Shown: positions 9,849-19,734 of the stretch, piece by piece
How positions within the stretch are numbered: the stretch's first letter is position 1
How the letters are laid out: every line of letters starts with the position of its first letter
Assembly (NCBI GenBank): GCA_038317155.1
Contig: JBBQBC010000001.1
Coordinates: forward strand, 20,531 to 84,530
DNA: 64,000 bases
Origin: Bacteroidales bacterium
GTDB taxonomy: Bacteria; Bacteroidota; Bacteroidia; Bacteroidales; Lentimicrobiaceae
Direction: 5' to 3'
Notes under the pieces: generated by a model
Database searches by the model: none
What the model was told of the DNA's origin: nothing
Seen by the model: only the letters and a program-made list of their open reading frames with translations
Translations under genes and position numbers: made by a program

Positions 9849-10595
9849 TTAGCGTTTTATCAGCCTGACTGTCGCAGAGAAATTCTTTTCCGGGTACCTG
9901 AGCCTGCAAAAGTAAATTCCAGGTTCAAGGTTAGAACCATTAATGCTCCGGGAATTTTGTCCTTTGGCCGAGACAATGATTTCCGATTGCAAAAGCCTGC
10001 CCATTGCGTCATAAATAAGGCATTCGTAGCTACCCGGCTCCTCAGTATAATAATCGAGTAAAAAAAGTCCCGTAAAAGGATTGGGGAAAACTTTCATCCT
10101 GATATTATCGTTACTTCCCTGTTCCTCAATGCCATATGCTGAGGCTGGAAGTATCGTTATGCTGTAATAAGTGATTTCATAAGGAAAGGGCAGGCCTAAA
10201 CCGCCCAGGTATCCCACGACGGTAATATTTAACGGATAAACGCCTACCTGAGCCTCGGTTGGGGTTCCGGTAATAAGCATGCATCCTGAAGTACCTCCAA
10301 GCCAATAGCCTGATGGCCGGCTGGGAATCGCCTGAAACCCTTCTGGCAGTCCGGTTATCTGGGCAACCCCGATTGAGTCAATGTTAAGTTGGGGCAAAGG
10401 AGGAACAATGGTATCTGCAGGAATTACCGCTGTAAATACGGCATTGTATTCATAGGTAGCCACTGCCGGAGGTAAGCCGGTTGCACTGTCGGGGTATATT
10501 CCTGAGTGGGTATAAGCCGGATTTGGAACGCACTGTCCGAGGGACTGCAAAGCCATCATAAATAAAACAATGATCAGCGTAGAATATTTTTTCAT
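9849..10595 (-). CDS. secreted protein with T9SS type A C-terminal sorting domain
   Basis: Signal peptide; VFPNPF...IYDAMGR...LEPGIYFCRL...LIKR. Confidence 0.85.
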   Translation of the reverse strand: MKKYSTLIIVLFMMALQSLGQCVPNPAYTHSGIYPDSATGLPPAVATYEYNAVFTAVIPADTIVPPLPQLNIDSIGVAQITGLPEGFQAIPSRPSGYWLGGTSGCMLITGTPTEAQVGVYPLNITVVGYLGGLGLPFPYEITYYSITILPASAYGIEEQGSNDNIRMKVFPNPFTGLFLLDYYTEEPGSYECLIYDAMGRLLQSEIIVSAKGQNSRSINGSNLEPGIYFCRLRYPEKNFSATVRLIKR

Positions 10596-10687
10596 AAAAG
10601 TAGTTTTTGGGGTTTATCAGAATCAAAGGTACAAAATAATTAAAAAATATGCAAGAATGTACATATCAGGATCACGATGCCAGATGA

Positions 10688-11007
10688 TAGAAGTAAGAAG
10701 TAAGATAACAAATCTGAAATCTGAAATCTGAAGTCAGAGGTCAGAGGTCAGAGGTAGGAGGTAGGATAAAAAATCCGAAATCCGAAATCCGAAGTCAGAG
10801 GTAGGATAAAAAATCCGAAATCCGAAATCCGAAGTCAGAAGTCAGAGGTAGGATAAAAAATCCGAAATCTGAAATCAGAAGTAAGAAGTCAGAAGTAAGA
10901 AGTCAGAGGTCAGAGGTAGGATAAAAAATCCGAAATCCGAAATCCGAAGTCAGAAGTCAGAGGTAGGATAAAAAATCTGAAATCCGAAATCTGAAATCCG
11001 AAATCTG
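10688..11007 (+). repeat. compound heptamer array (AAATCCG/AAATCTG, AGAAGTC/AGAGGTC) arranged in five higher-order units starting GAGGTAGGATAAAAAATC
   Basis: Read directly from the sequence. Confidence 0.9.
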
Positions 11008-11017
11008 GCCAAATCAT

Positions 11018-11025
11018 TATCTTTG
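11018..11025 (+). promoter_or_regulatory. -7 promoter box for the Crp/Fnr gene
   Basis: TATCTTTG, 18 nt before ATG 11044. Confidence 0.55.
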
Positions 11026-11043
11026 CGAACAAACGCCCCAGCC

Positions 11044-11739
11044 ATGAAAACTTTTATCCCTCCCGACGACTGCTCCTTTAGCAATATAGATGCCCCTTGT
11101 TTCCGTAACCTGTTACCCGAAGAAATTGAACTTGCCCGCAACAGCAAAACCAGGGTTATCTTCCGAAAAGGCGAAAATCTGACCAAGCAAGGCGCATTTG
11201 CCTCGAGTGTGTTGTTTGTGATGGATGGGCTTGCCAAGCAATACGTTGAAGGCGATGCCATCCGCAACTTCAACCTGAGACTGATCAAGGGAGGGGAATT
11301 TGTGGGGCTTTCAGTGGCTTTTAACAACCATACCTATAACTATTCTGTAGTTGCCTTGCGCGAAACTACCGCCTGCCTGATTGAAAAGGAGGCCGTTACA
11401 AGTCTTATAAAAGGGAATGGGAACTTCGCTTATAACATCATTAACCGCTACTGCGAACAGGATAGTAAGTTGTATGTTTCAATTCACGATCTGATGTACA
11501 AACAAATGAATGGTCGCCTGGCCGGAGCACTGCTATACCTGCAAAAAGAACAAATTAGCCTGGAAGAGGTTTTCCCATACCTGAGCCGTAAAGACATTGC
11601 CGACTTTGCCGGCCTCTCGACTGAAAGTACTGTAAAACTGCTGAAAACATTCGAGAAGGAAGGGCTGATAAGACTTGAAGATAAGAATATCCTGCTTCTT
11701 GATATTCCGGGACTGGAGCAGATCAACCTGAGGGGGTGA
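11044..11739 (+). CDS. Crp/Fnr family transcriptional regulator
   Basis: cNMP-binding region (FRKGENL...GGEFVG) and HTH LSRKDIADFAGLSTESTVKLLKTFEKEGLI. Confidence 0.92.
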   Translation: MKTFIPPDDCSFSNIDAPCFRNLLPEEIELARNSKTRVIFRKGENLTKQGAFASSVLFVMDGLAKQYVEGDAIRNFNLRLIKGGEFVGLSVAFNNHTYNYSVVALRETTACLIEKEAVTSLIKGNGNFAYNIINRYCEQDSKLYVSIHDLMYKQMNGRLAGALLYLQKEQISLEEVFPYLSRKDIADFAGLSTESTVKLLKTFEKEGLIRLEDKNILLLDIPGLEQINLRG

Positions 11740-11748
11740 GTGAGGAGT

Positions 11749-11830
11749 TTCTAATATCTAATTGTCTAATGTCTAATGTCTAATGTCTAATTTCCAATTT
11801 CTAATTTCCAATATCTAATTTCCAATATCT
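11749..11830 (+). repeat. heptamer array TCTAATG/TCTAATT/TCCAATA
   Basis: Read directly from the sequence. Confidence 0.85.
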
Positions 11831-12151
11831 GACAAATATCCAATCTGTTTCATGGGGTAGCTTTGGTGGTTAAATAGGTCTATATTTTCTATCCAAAACT
11901 TACCTCCTACTTCGACCCTCATTCAACTTGCTTATAACCAACGATTTGCGACTCCTGACTTACGGTTACTTTGCCAACTGCCTACCCGACTGGCCACATG
12001 GATGTAATGGGTAGTAATTGTTGGCCGGGCGGGCGGGCCAACACGATGTTGGCCTGCGTCTTACCTTCTGATGCAGGCACGGTGCGCTACAACGAAGAAA
12101 TAACTGAATGAAATTTCTGACATTTTACTTTAGGCCTGTAGCTTGCAGCTT

Positions 12152-12622
12152 CTATAGGTGCTTTCTGTAATAATGAAAAACTGCCGGGAAGAGTGTAAGG
12201 ATAGAAATTAAGGCCCCTGTTAAGGCAAAAACAGGTTGAAGCATAGAAGAAAATCCCAACATCATTATCTGGACATTAATCCAGATAATAAGTACGAAAC
12301 CATAATACAGCGAAAAAGTCCAGCACCAGTGCTGTTTATGGTAAAGATTTATTAATTCAGGCCACTGCCAGGGCGGTTTGGCAAAGAGTCCCCAGACTAT
12401 CAGAAGCGGCAGTATTCCATTAAAGAGAAAAAGAATAATACCCGGGAGCATAAAGGTATTGAATGGACTGTTGCCAAGGATATCCGTACTCATCTGCATT
12501 TTACTGCCATCCGAAGCTGAAATTAGTGAATAACCTCCATATATACCTCCAATTCCGGTAAAAATCAACAGAAACGCTAGAAAAAGCACGGAAAGTGGCA
12601 TTTTGTGGCCGTTATTGGTCAT
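12152..12622 (-). CDS. hypothetical membrane protein with about 4 TM helices
   Basis: Hydrophobic segments and SPFNTFMLPGIILF. Confidence 0.75.
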   Translation of the reverse strand: MTNNGHKMPLSVLFLAFLLIFTGIGGIYGGYSLISASDGSKMQMSTDILGNSPFNTFMLPGIILFLFNGILPLLIVWGLFAKPPWQWPELINLYHKQHWCWTFSLYYGFVLIIWINVQIMMLGFSSMLQPVFALTGALISILTLFPAVFHYYRKHL

Positions 12623-12780
12623 AGTTATGATTTTATTCTTTTAAAGACCGTTAGGGAGCTGTTAGATTAATTCCAGTCTAATTTCCTGCAATTTATTCAT
12701 TTCTTCCGGTTTTCCGGTTTCTTTTTTAGTAATTTATCAATAAGCCGGGAAGCCAACCGGTCTTTTAGTCCGGCAAATCA

Positions 12781-14427
12781 TCATTGAAAATTAATCCCCT
12801 GCCGGTTATTTGTGAATTTAGTAAGCAGAGTCTTACGCAACTTTCTGTAGGCTTCCACGTTGCGATTTGCCTTTTCCCCAACTTTAGCCGTAATTGCCTG
12901 AAGCGCTTTTACGCGGTCTTCTTTTAACATGGTTTGTATTACATCTGTTTCCAATTCCATTTCAGTAAAAAAACTTCCCTCCAATGCAGTTTGCTCTGCC
13001 TTCACAATTTTAAACCCTTCCTGCCAGTTCAGGTAAAGCAGATTATCAACCTCATCGTAGGTCCATTTGGCACTTGCATCGTCGAACTCGTCGGGATTAA
13101 AAGTGGTGTAGGATTCCGGCATTTGCTGAACACCGCAATACACCGGCAGGTATGGCCCTACTGCCTGATTATCGAGGTAAACCCAGTAAACTCCGCCAAT
13201 TTCGTCGGGCAACCACGAACGCAACTGGGCCACCATGCCGTAACCACCCCGTGCAACATTGCGCCGCCAGGTTATACCAAGCAATTCGCGAAGGTTCCTT
13301 GTCGGGAAAGGGGTTGCCATATTGCTGTACTTCATTCCGCCCTTTCCGTCAGGGATATAATAAGCCGGATGTTTCGACATATCATAAATAGTTCCTTCAA
13401 AGGTTGAGCGCTGCATGGCCATTACATCCTGAACACTGATTTTTTCAGCAGGGATACAGGAAAAAGGATACAGGCTCAAGGGTTCAACATACTGGATATA
13501 TGGATTTTGAGTATCGAAAGGCGATTTCAGCATTCGGTCGGGCATGTCCTTGATACCGGGCGCATATTTACTGTAAAACATCCAAAGGCGTGAGGTTGCC
13601 CATTCGCGGGGAATTGGTGCATAAACATCCTGCCATACAAAGGGCTTACCTGAAGAAGGGTCGTACCAGCCATGCTCTATTCCGGCACTCATATAATTGG
13701 AAGAAGCCCTGAAGTTAGCCTTGTCCTTAAGATTTATCTCTTTGATAATGCTCCAGTTGGCAATAAGTGTGGCATGGTCGTCGGGCAAACGCTGTGCCGC
13801 CCAGATAGCTCCGGGCTTCCCTTTGCCTGGTTCCCAGCCTGGTCCTACGCTGAAAATCTCCAGTATCCATACCTCATTGGGGTCGGCAATGGCCAGACAT
13901 TCTGACTCATCCACACACGAAGGCAAAAAACCGTATGTATCGAGCAGTTGAGTAATCAGGGTAAGGGCTTCGCGGGCTGTTTTGCAACGCTCCAGGGCAA
14001 AAATCTGCGCCTGTTCAACGGTCATAATCTGCTTGCTTTCTTCGCGCTTTATTTTTAATTCCTCGCGCTGGCTCATGGTGCTTTCTCCAATGGCAAGCTG
14101 AAACTCGTTGATATGCGAGTAAGCCGACCGGATATAGGTATAAGTCTGCTCCACCTGCGGAATATAGCCGATTATCCTGCCCATGCTATCAAGTGGCTGT
14201 CTGACGTCCAGCAAACCCCAGTAAACCGGCGCCATAGCACCTTTCGGATATTTCTGTCCGTGCATTACCTTAAAACGGGAATTGTCGCCACAATCGGTAT
14301 GTGATACAATCACAGAGCCATCTTTGCTGGCTTTTTTACCTACAGCTATGATGGTACATCCATCTGCCTGTTTTACAAGGCATATCATGAAAATCGCGAA
14401 CAGTGAGAGGTAAATTAGTTTCTTCAT
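12781..14427 (-). CDS. C69 family dipeptidase (Ntn hydrolase)
   Basis: Signal peptide followed by CTIIAVGKKASKDGS; INEFQLAIGEST. Confidence 0.9.
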   Translation of the reverse strand: MKKLIYLSLFAIFMICLVKQADGCTIIAVGKKASKDGSVIVSHTDCGDNSRFKVMHGQKYPKGAMAPVYWGLLDVRQPLDSMGRIIGYIPQVEQTYTYIRSAYSHINEFQLAIGESTMSQREELKIKREESKQIMTVEQAQIFALERCKTAREALTLITQLLDTYGFLPSCVDESECLAIADPNEVWILEIFSVGPGWEPGKGKPGAIWAAQRLPDDHATLIANWSIIKEINLKDKANFRASSNYMSAGIEHGWYDPSSGKPFVWQDVYAPIPREWATSRLWMFYSKYAPGIKDMPDRMLKSPFDTQNPYIQYVEPLSLYPFSCIPAEKISVQDVMAMQRSTFEGTIYDMSKHPAYYIPDGKGGMKYSNMATPFPTRNLRELLGITWRRNVARGGYGMVAQLRSWLPDEIGGVYWVYLDNQAVGPYLPVYCGVQQMPESYTTFNPDEFDDASAKWTYDEVDNLLYLNWQEGFKIVKAEQTALEGSFFTEMELETDVIQTMLKEDRVKALQAITAKVGEKANRNVEAYRKLRKTLLTKFTNNRQGINFQ

Positions 14428-14813
14428 AATGGTGAATTTAGTACGATTATTAGCGCATCCGCCGGTTCTTTTGATTTTATTGCTTAACTCAGCCAGGATC
14501 CGGCATTTTTAACCAATGTCAGAGTCGGGCCGAATAAAACTGTACTTTAAAAAACAATAATACTCATTCTTCTTTTATAAGCAACGGTATTACTCTATAA
14601 TTTATATCATTAGTGACGGGGGAAAATTCAGAAATTCATCGCTTATCTGAGAATCACAGCTTTTTACGAAGTTTATTGGGGATTTAAGGTGGTCAGATGT
14701 GGAAATCTGACATTGAAACAGGAACCTACGTTATATCACTTTTCGAATTTCAGCAAAAATCCATTCTTGATGTTCATCTTTCTTTATATTTACAGGATAA
14801 TTCTAACTTCAAT

Positions 14814-15506
14814 ATGCTGCTTATTACCATCTCTGTATTCCCGGTAATCGTTATACTGGCTTATATATATTTTCGCGACATGTATGAAAAAGAGCCCCTT
14901 GGTCTATTACTAAAGGCTTTTATTGGTGGGGTATTTTCAGCTATTCTCACTTTGCTGGTATTAGCCGCTTTCGATGGATTCAATGCACCCCTGAACAATA
15001 TTTTTACCTACGCCCTGGTCAGGGCTTTCCTTTGGGCGGCCATTCCTGAAGAACTATTTAAGTTCCTTTTACTCTATTTGATAATTTGGAAGAACCGTAA
15101 CTTCAACGAATATTTTGATGGTATTGTGTATGCCGTTTTTATCTCTCTCGGCTTTGCCTGCTTCGAAAATATTCTATATGTTACAGAACACGGCATAGGG
15201 GTTGGCATCATGAGGGCCATACTGGCAGTTCCCGCACATGCCTTGTTTGGCGTTATTATGGGCTTTTACTTTTCAATGGCCCGGTTCAACAATACGAGTA
15301 CAACCATAAACCTTGCAAAAAGCGTGATCTATGCAATAATAGCACACGGAATCTATGATTTTATACTTTTCTGGTATGCAGGTTCAACCGGATCAGCTCC
15401 TGGATTATCGCTGATTTTAATCCTGGTTTTTCTGGGTTTTATTGTGTTTTTGTGGCGATTAGGCTTTCGGAAAATAAGAATGCATCTTGACCTGCATAAT
15501 TCATAA
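14814..15506 (+). CDS. prsW: PrsW family intramembrane glutamic protease
   Basis: EKEP, PEELFK, DGIVYA, GFACFENILY, HALF, HGIYD. Start moved to ATG 14814. Confidence 0.9.
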   Translation: MLLITISVFPVIVILAYIYFRDMYEKEPLGLLLKAFIGGVFSAILTLLVLAAFDGFNAPLNNIFTYALVRAFLWAAIPEELFKFLLLYLIIWKNRNFNEYFDGIVYAVFISLGFACFENILYVTEHGIGVGIMRAILAVPAHALFGVIMGFYFSMARFNNTSTTINLAKSVIYAIIAHGIYDFILFWYAGSTGSAPGLSLILILVFLGFIVFLWRLGFRKIRMHLDLHNS

Positions 15507-15842
15507 ACTTCATTTAATATACTGGTATAATGCAGGTTAACCCCGACTTAGAAAAAATTAAATTTTGGAAACGAAGTACACCAAAATTTTAGTTTTTCTT
15601 TGTCGCCAGAAAAATTCACACTATTAGGTTATAGATTTGTGAATTATTCGGGTTGAATCTTCTGTTTTTAAAAAATAGTTATACCCTGCCGGGGATAATT
15701 TATTAGGGATACACTACCCGGATGCTGTGTATTACAGCAATATCCGCCGGGACGGGGTACAAAGCAAAACCCTTACTGATATTTAAACCTTCAGGGGATT
15801 TTTAGATTTTCAAGAATAAGCAATTCAAATACACTGATTTCC

Positions 15843-15850
15843 TAACTTTG
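15843..15850 (+). promoter_or_regulatory. -7 promoter box
   Basis: TAACTTTG, 20 nt before GTG 15871. Confidence 0.55.
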
Positions 15851-15870
15851 CCCGCTAAACAATTTCCTGA

Positions 15871-17829
15871 GTGCAAATCCCCATCCGCAATATTGCCATC
15901 GTGGCTCATGCCGACGCCGGCAAAACCACCATTACCGAGCAGTTTTTGTATTTGTCCGGGCAAACCCGCCAACCAGGAAATGTTGACCGGGGAACTGCAC
16001 AAACGGATTTCCTGCCGGTAGAGAAAGAACGTGGTATTTCCGTCAGTTCGTCTCATACATCATTTGAATGGAAGAATACCCGCATTAACCTTATTGATAC
16101 CCCAGGCCATGTTGACTTCTCAGCCGATGTTGAGCGAATGTTGCGTGTTCCCGATGGCGTTATATTGGTTATTTCTGCCGTGGAGGGTGTACAGGCGCAT
16201 ACTGAAACACTCTGGTATGCCTTACGCGATCAACGCATTCCGGTTCTGTTCTTTATCAATAAAATTGACCGTATGGGAGCAGATACAGCTTCTGTTTTAC
16301 GGGCAATTGAAAATGATCTGGGTATTCTCCCAACTTCTTTTCAGAATATAAGTAACAAAGGCGAAATTGAGGTATCTCTTCAAAGCCTGTGGAGCATCGA
16401 TTATGTGCTTCCCCTGCTGGTTGAGCAGGTGGTAGAAACTGATGAAATTCAGCTCAACAGCTATCTGGACGGAAAAGAACCGGTTTTTGCACAAATGGAT
16501 CGACAATTAACGCAGTTGATTCAAAAATGTAAGGTTTATCCGCTGCTATTGGGTTCTGCCAAAATGGGGCTTGGAATCGAAGAATTGTTGAATTTCATTG
16601 TCAGATATTTTCCCGATTCCCGCGGTGATTACTTGAAACCACTGTCGGCATTGGTTTATGGTATCGGGCACGATAAAATCATGGGAAAGATTTCCTATGT
16701 GCGTCTGTATCAGGGCTCTGTCAGTAACCGTGAAGTTGTATTCAATTCAACACAGGGCATTGAAGAAAAGGTAACCAGAGTGTTACGGGTTCTTCCCGGA
16801 AAATTCGAAGACATTGGAAAGGTGGAGGCTGGCAACCTTGCCGGACTGGTCGGACTCAGAAATGCCCGTGTCGGGGATTTGCTCGGTATTTCAGATGCAG
16901 ATATTCCGATCGGCGTAAAATTGCAAAATCCCTTAATTGTGGCTCAGGTTAAGGCATTGAATAGTAAAGACTATCCGGCACTTGCTGTGGCCATGCAAGA
17001 GCTCTCGGAAGAAGATCCCGCTCTGGAATTTGAGTGGATACGCGAAGAATCAGAGCTCCAGGTAAAAGTTATGGGGTGGATTCAGATGGAGGTACTTGAA
17101 CGTATTTTGGCTGATAGGTTTGGTGTTGAAGCAAAATTTGAGAACCCAACCGTGGTTTATCTGGAGACACCTTCTAAATCAGGCGAAGGTTTTGTTCAGT
17201 ATTGGATGCCCAAGCCTTGCTGGGCTATTTTAAAGTTCCGGATAGAGCCCGGCAGAAGGGGCAGTGGAATAGTTTATCAAAGTATTGTTTCTGTAAATGA
17301 TGTGGCACAGAAATACCAGAATGAGGTTGAACGCAGCATAAAGGGCTCTCTCTCGCAAGGGATAAAGGGCTGGGAGGTTACCGATGTGCACATAACCCTG
17401 ATTGAAGGGGAAGACCACCCAATGCATTCAAGGCCGGGCGATTTTGTTGTTGCCACCCCAATGGGAATCATGAATGGGCTGGTGAATACCGGAACGACTT
17501 TGCTTGAGCCGATGATCCGCTATAAAATAGAAGCACCGGAAGATTTGCTTGGCATTATAGCAGGTGACATTACCCAGATGCGCGGCAGTATCGATTCACC
17601 AACAATTCACAATGGCCGGTTTAAACTAACCGGAGAGTTGCCGCTTGCAACATCTCTCGACTTTCCGGTTAAACTGAGTTCACGCTCGGGTGGGAAAGCC
17701 AGAATTTCTACACATTTCTCAGGCTATCGGGAATGCACGGATGATCAGGGGGTAATTCGTCCCTATAAAGGGATCAGCCCGCTTGATACAGCAAAATATA
17801 TACTAAAGGCACGCAAGGCTATTCAATAA
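15871..17829 (+). CDS. translational GTPase of the TetM/TetO/EF-G-like group, function unproven
   Basis: AHADAGKTT, ERGIS, DTPGHVDF, NKID; 652 aa; GIKGWEVTD and TTLLEP. Confidence 0.85.
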   Translation: MQIPIRNIAIVAHADAGKTTITEQFLYLSGQTRQPGNVDRGTAQTDFLPVEKERGISVSSSHTSFEWKNTRINLIDTPGHVDFSADVERMLRVPDGVILVISAVEGVQAHTETLWYALRDQRIPVLFFINKIDRMGADTASVLRAIENDLGILPTSFQNISNKGEIEVSLQSLWSIDYVLPLLVEQVVETDEIQLNSYLDGKEPVFAQMDRQLTQLIQKCKVYPLLLGSAKMGLGIEELLNFIVRYFPDSRGDYLKPLSALVYGIGHDKIMGKISYVRLYQGSVSNREVVFNSTQGIEEKVTRVLRVLPGKFEDIGKVEAGNLAGLVGLRNARVGDLLGISDADIPIGVKLQNPLIVAQVKALNSKDYPALAVAMQELSEEDPALEFEWIREESELQVKVMGWIQMEVLERILADRFGVEAKFENPTVVYLETPSKSGEGFVQYWMPKPCWAILKFRIEPGRRGSGIVYQSIVSVNDVAQKYQNEVERSIKGSLSQGIKGWEVTDVHITLIEGEDHPMHSRPGDFVVATPMGIMNGLVNTGTTLLEPMIRYKIEAPEDLLGIIAGDITQMRGSIDSPTIHNGRFKLTGELPLATSLDFPVKLSSRSGGKARISTHFSGYRECTDDQGVIRPYKGISPLDTAKYILKARKAIQ

Positions 17830-18012
17830 GCTGACTTTAAAACGTTTTAACATATTGTAATTTGACATTTTCGAACAATTATTTATGAAGTTATGGTTCA
17901 ATTTCAGCAGTTCGCAGACCGTGTTTTATCCTGAAAATAAAACCCTGCTGAATTTTGTTTTTTATTAACACTATCCTTGTAAAATCTGACAACTTAAAGT
18001 TTGATTATTCGT

Positions 18013-18020
18013 TAACTTTG
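18013..18020 (+). promoter_or_regulatory. -7 promoter box
   Basis: TAACTTTG upstream of ATG 18043. Confidence 0.55.
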
Positions 18021-18042
18021 CACACAATTTTCTACTTCAACT

Positions 18043-19659
18043 ATGTATAACAACAAACGATTCTCAATATACCTGCCTATTGCTTTTGCCCTCGTGCTCA
18101 TTGCCGGATTTTTCCTCGGGGCTACTCTTGTTAGAAATTCCTCTGTCAATAGTCCGCTGCTTCAGAGCCTGAAATCGCAAAAATACGACCCGGTTAATGA
18201 TGTTATTTCATACATCAGGCAGGATTATGTTGATTCCGTGAATGTGGATGAACTCAACCGCTCAGCCATCGAAGGCATTCTGGCCGATCTTGATCCGCAC
18301 TCACAATTTATTCCGGCCGAAGATTTTAATGAGGTAAACGACCCCCTGCTTGGTAATTTTGATGGGATTGGTGTACAGTTCAGGCTTGAGAAGGACACGG
18401 TGTACATCATCAATACCATACCTGGCGGGCCATCTGCAAAAGCCGGGATCCTTGCCGGCGACCGCATCATAAAAGTTGAGGACAAACTCATTGCCGGGGT
18501 AAAAGTCACCAACAACGATGTGATGAAGGTGCTAAAAGGAGAGCGTGGTACCAAAGTCAACATTAGCATTTATCGCCGTGGTGTCAAGGAATTGCTGAAG
18601 TTTGAACTGACCCGCGACGTTATCCCAACCTACAGTATTGACATAGCCTTTATTCCTGAAAAATCTACCGGTTACATCAAATTATCGAAATTTTCAGCAA
18701 CAACTGCTGAGGAGCTTAGTCAGGCTTTGATCACCCTGAAATCAAAAGGGATGAATAGTCTCATTCTCGATCTAAGGGGCAATTCAGGCGGTTATCTGCA
18801 GGCTGCCATCAATGTAGCCGATGAATTTCTTACCGCCGGTAAGCTGATCGTTTATACTGAAGGCATCAACAGACCCCGTCAGATTGCAAATGCAACAGGA
18901 AAAGGGCTTTTCGAGACAGGGAAACTGGCAGTTCTGATTGACGAGGGTTCTGCTTCATCGAGCGAGATCGTGGCAGGGGCACTCCAGGATAACGACAGGG
19001 CCATCATCATTGGGCGTCGTTCGTTTGGAAAAGGTTTGGTTCAGGAACAGCTTTCGTTGCCCGATGGTTCCGCCATAAGACTTACCGTGGCACGATATTA
19101 TACACCTACAGGAAGAAGCATCCAGAAGCCATATACAAAAGGACATGCAGGCGAATATGGCGATGAGTTGTATAACCGCATGGCACATGGTGAACTCGAA
19201 AACCAGGATAGCATTAAGTTCAACGACTCCCTTCGCTATACCACACCGGGAGGCCGGGTAGTTTATGGCGGAGGTGGCATTATGCCCGATGTCTTTCTCC
19301 CGATTGAGAAAAACGTGAAGTATGCCTACTACAATGCCATTATGAATAAGGGCCTGGTGTATCAGTTTGCCTTTGATTATACCGATCGTTACCGGAAAAC
19401 GCTGAATAGTTATAAGAATTTTGACGATTTTGACAGGCAGTTTATCATTACCCCGGCCGTTTTTCAGAACTTTGTTGATTTCGGTACAAAAAATGAAATT
19501 AAACCCGATCAGGCCGGAATCGCTTTTTCGAGAAATGAAATTTCGAATCTGATAAAGGCTCTGGTTGCCCGCAATTTATTTGATGAAAAGGGATTTTATC
19601 CAATTTTTCTGAAAACGGATAAAACCTATCTCAGGGCTTTGGAAGAGTTGAAAAAGTAA
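18043..19659 (+). CDS. S41 family C-terminal processing protease (CtpA/Prc-like)
   Basis: PDZ domain, LILDLRGNSGG, SASSSEIVAGALQD, FGKGLVQ, GGGGIMPD. Confidence 0.92.
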   Translation: MYNNKRFSIYLPIAFALVLIAGFFLGATLVRNSSVNSPLLQSLKSQKYDPVNDVISYIRQDYVDSVNVDELNRSAIEGILADLDPHSQFIPAEDFNEVNDPLLGNFDGIGVQFRLEKDTVYIINTIPGGPSAKAGILAGDRIIKVEDKLIAGVKVTNNDVMKVLKGERGTKVNISIYRRGVKELLKFELTRDVIPTYSIDIAFIPEKSTGYIKLSKFSATTAEELSQALITLKSKGMNSLILDLRGNSGGYLQAAINVADEFLTAGKLIVYTEGINRPRQIANATGKGLFETGKLAVLIDEGSASSSEIVAGALQDNDRAIIIGRRSFGKGLVQEQLSLPDGSAIRLTVARYYTPTGRSIQKPYTKGHAGEYGDELYNRMAHGELENQDSIKFNDSLRYTTPGGRVVYGGGGIMPDVFLPIEKNVKYAYYNAIMNKGLVYQFAFDYTDRYRKTLNSYKNFDDFDRQFIITPAVFQNFVDFGTKNEIKPDQAGIAFSRNEISNLIKALVARNLFDEKGFYPIFLKTDKTYLRALEELKK

Positions 19660-19684
19660 ACGGAATACGGATTTATCAGGCATT

Positions 19685-19722
19685 AAAAAAGCCCTTTTAT
19701 CATTCTAATAAAAGGGCTTTTT
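19685..19722. terminator. bidirectional intrinsic terminator
   Basis: AAAAAGCCCTTTTAT / ATAAAAGGGCTTTTT between convergent genes. Confidence 0.85.
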
Positions 19723-19734
19723 AATAAAACCGGC

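Noticed and set aside
10950-11327. Minus-strand ORF ending RISDFGF
   Set aside because: Antisense to the Crp gene and runs into the heptamer repeat.
12012-12042. Possible duplicate of the region downstream of the C69 gene (12727-12757)
   Set aside because: Three short words match (TAGTAATT, GCCGGG, GCCAAC) with inconsistent spacing; not convincing without statistics.
15871-17829. Bona fide tetracycline resistance gene (tetQ/tetM)
   Set aside because: It lacks the YSPVST loop and any mobile-element context, so it is kept as function unknown.
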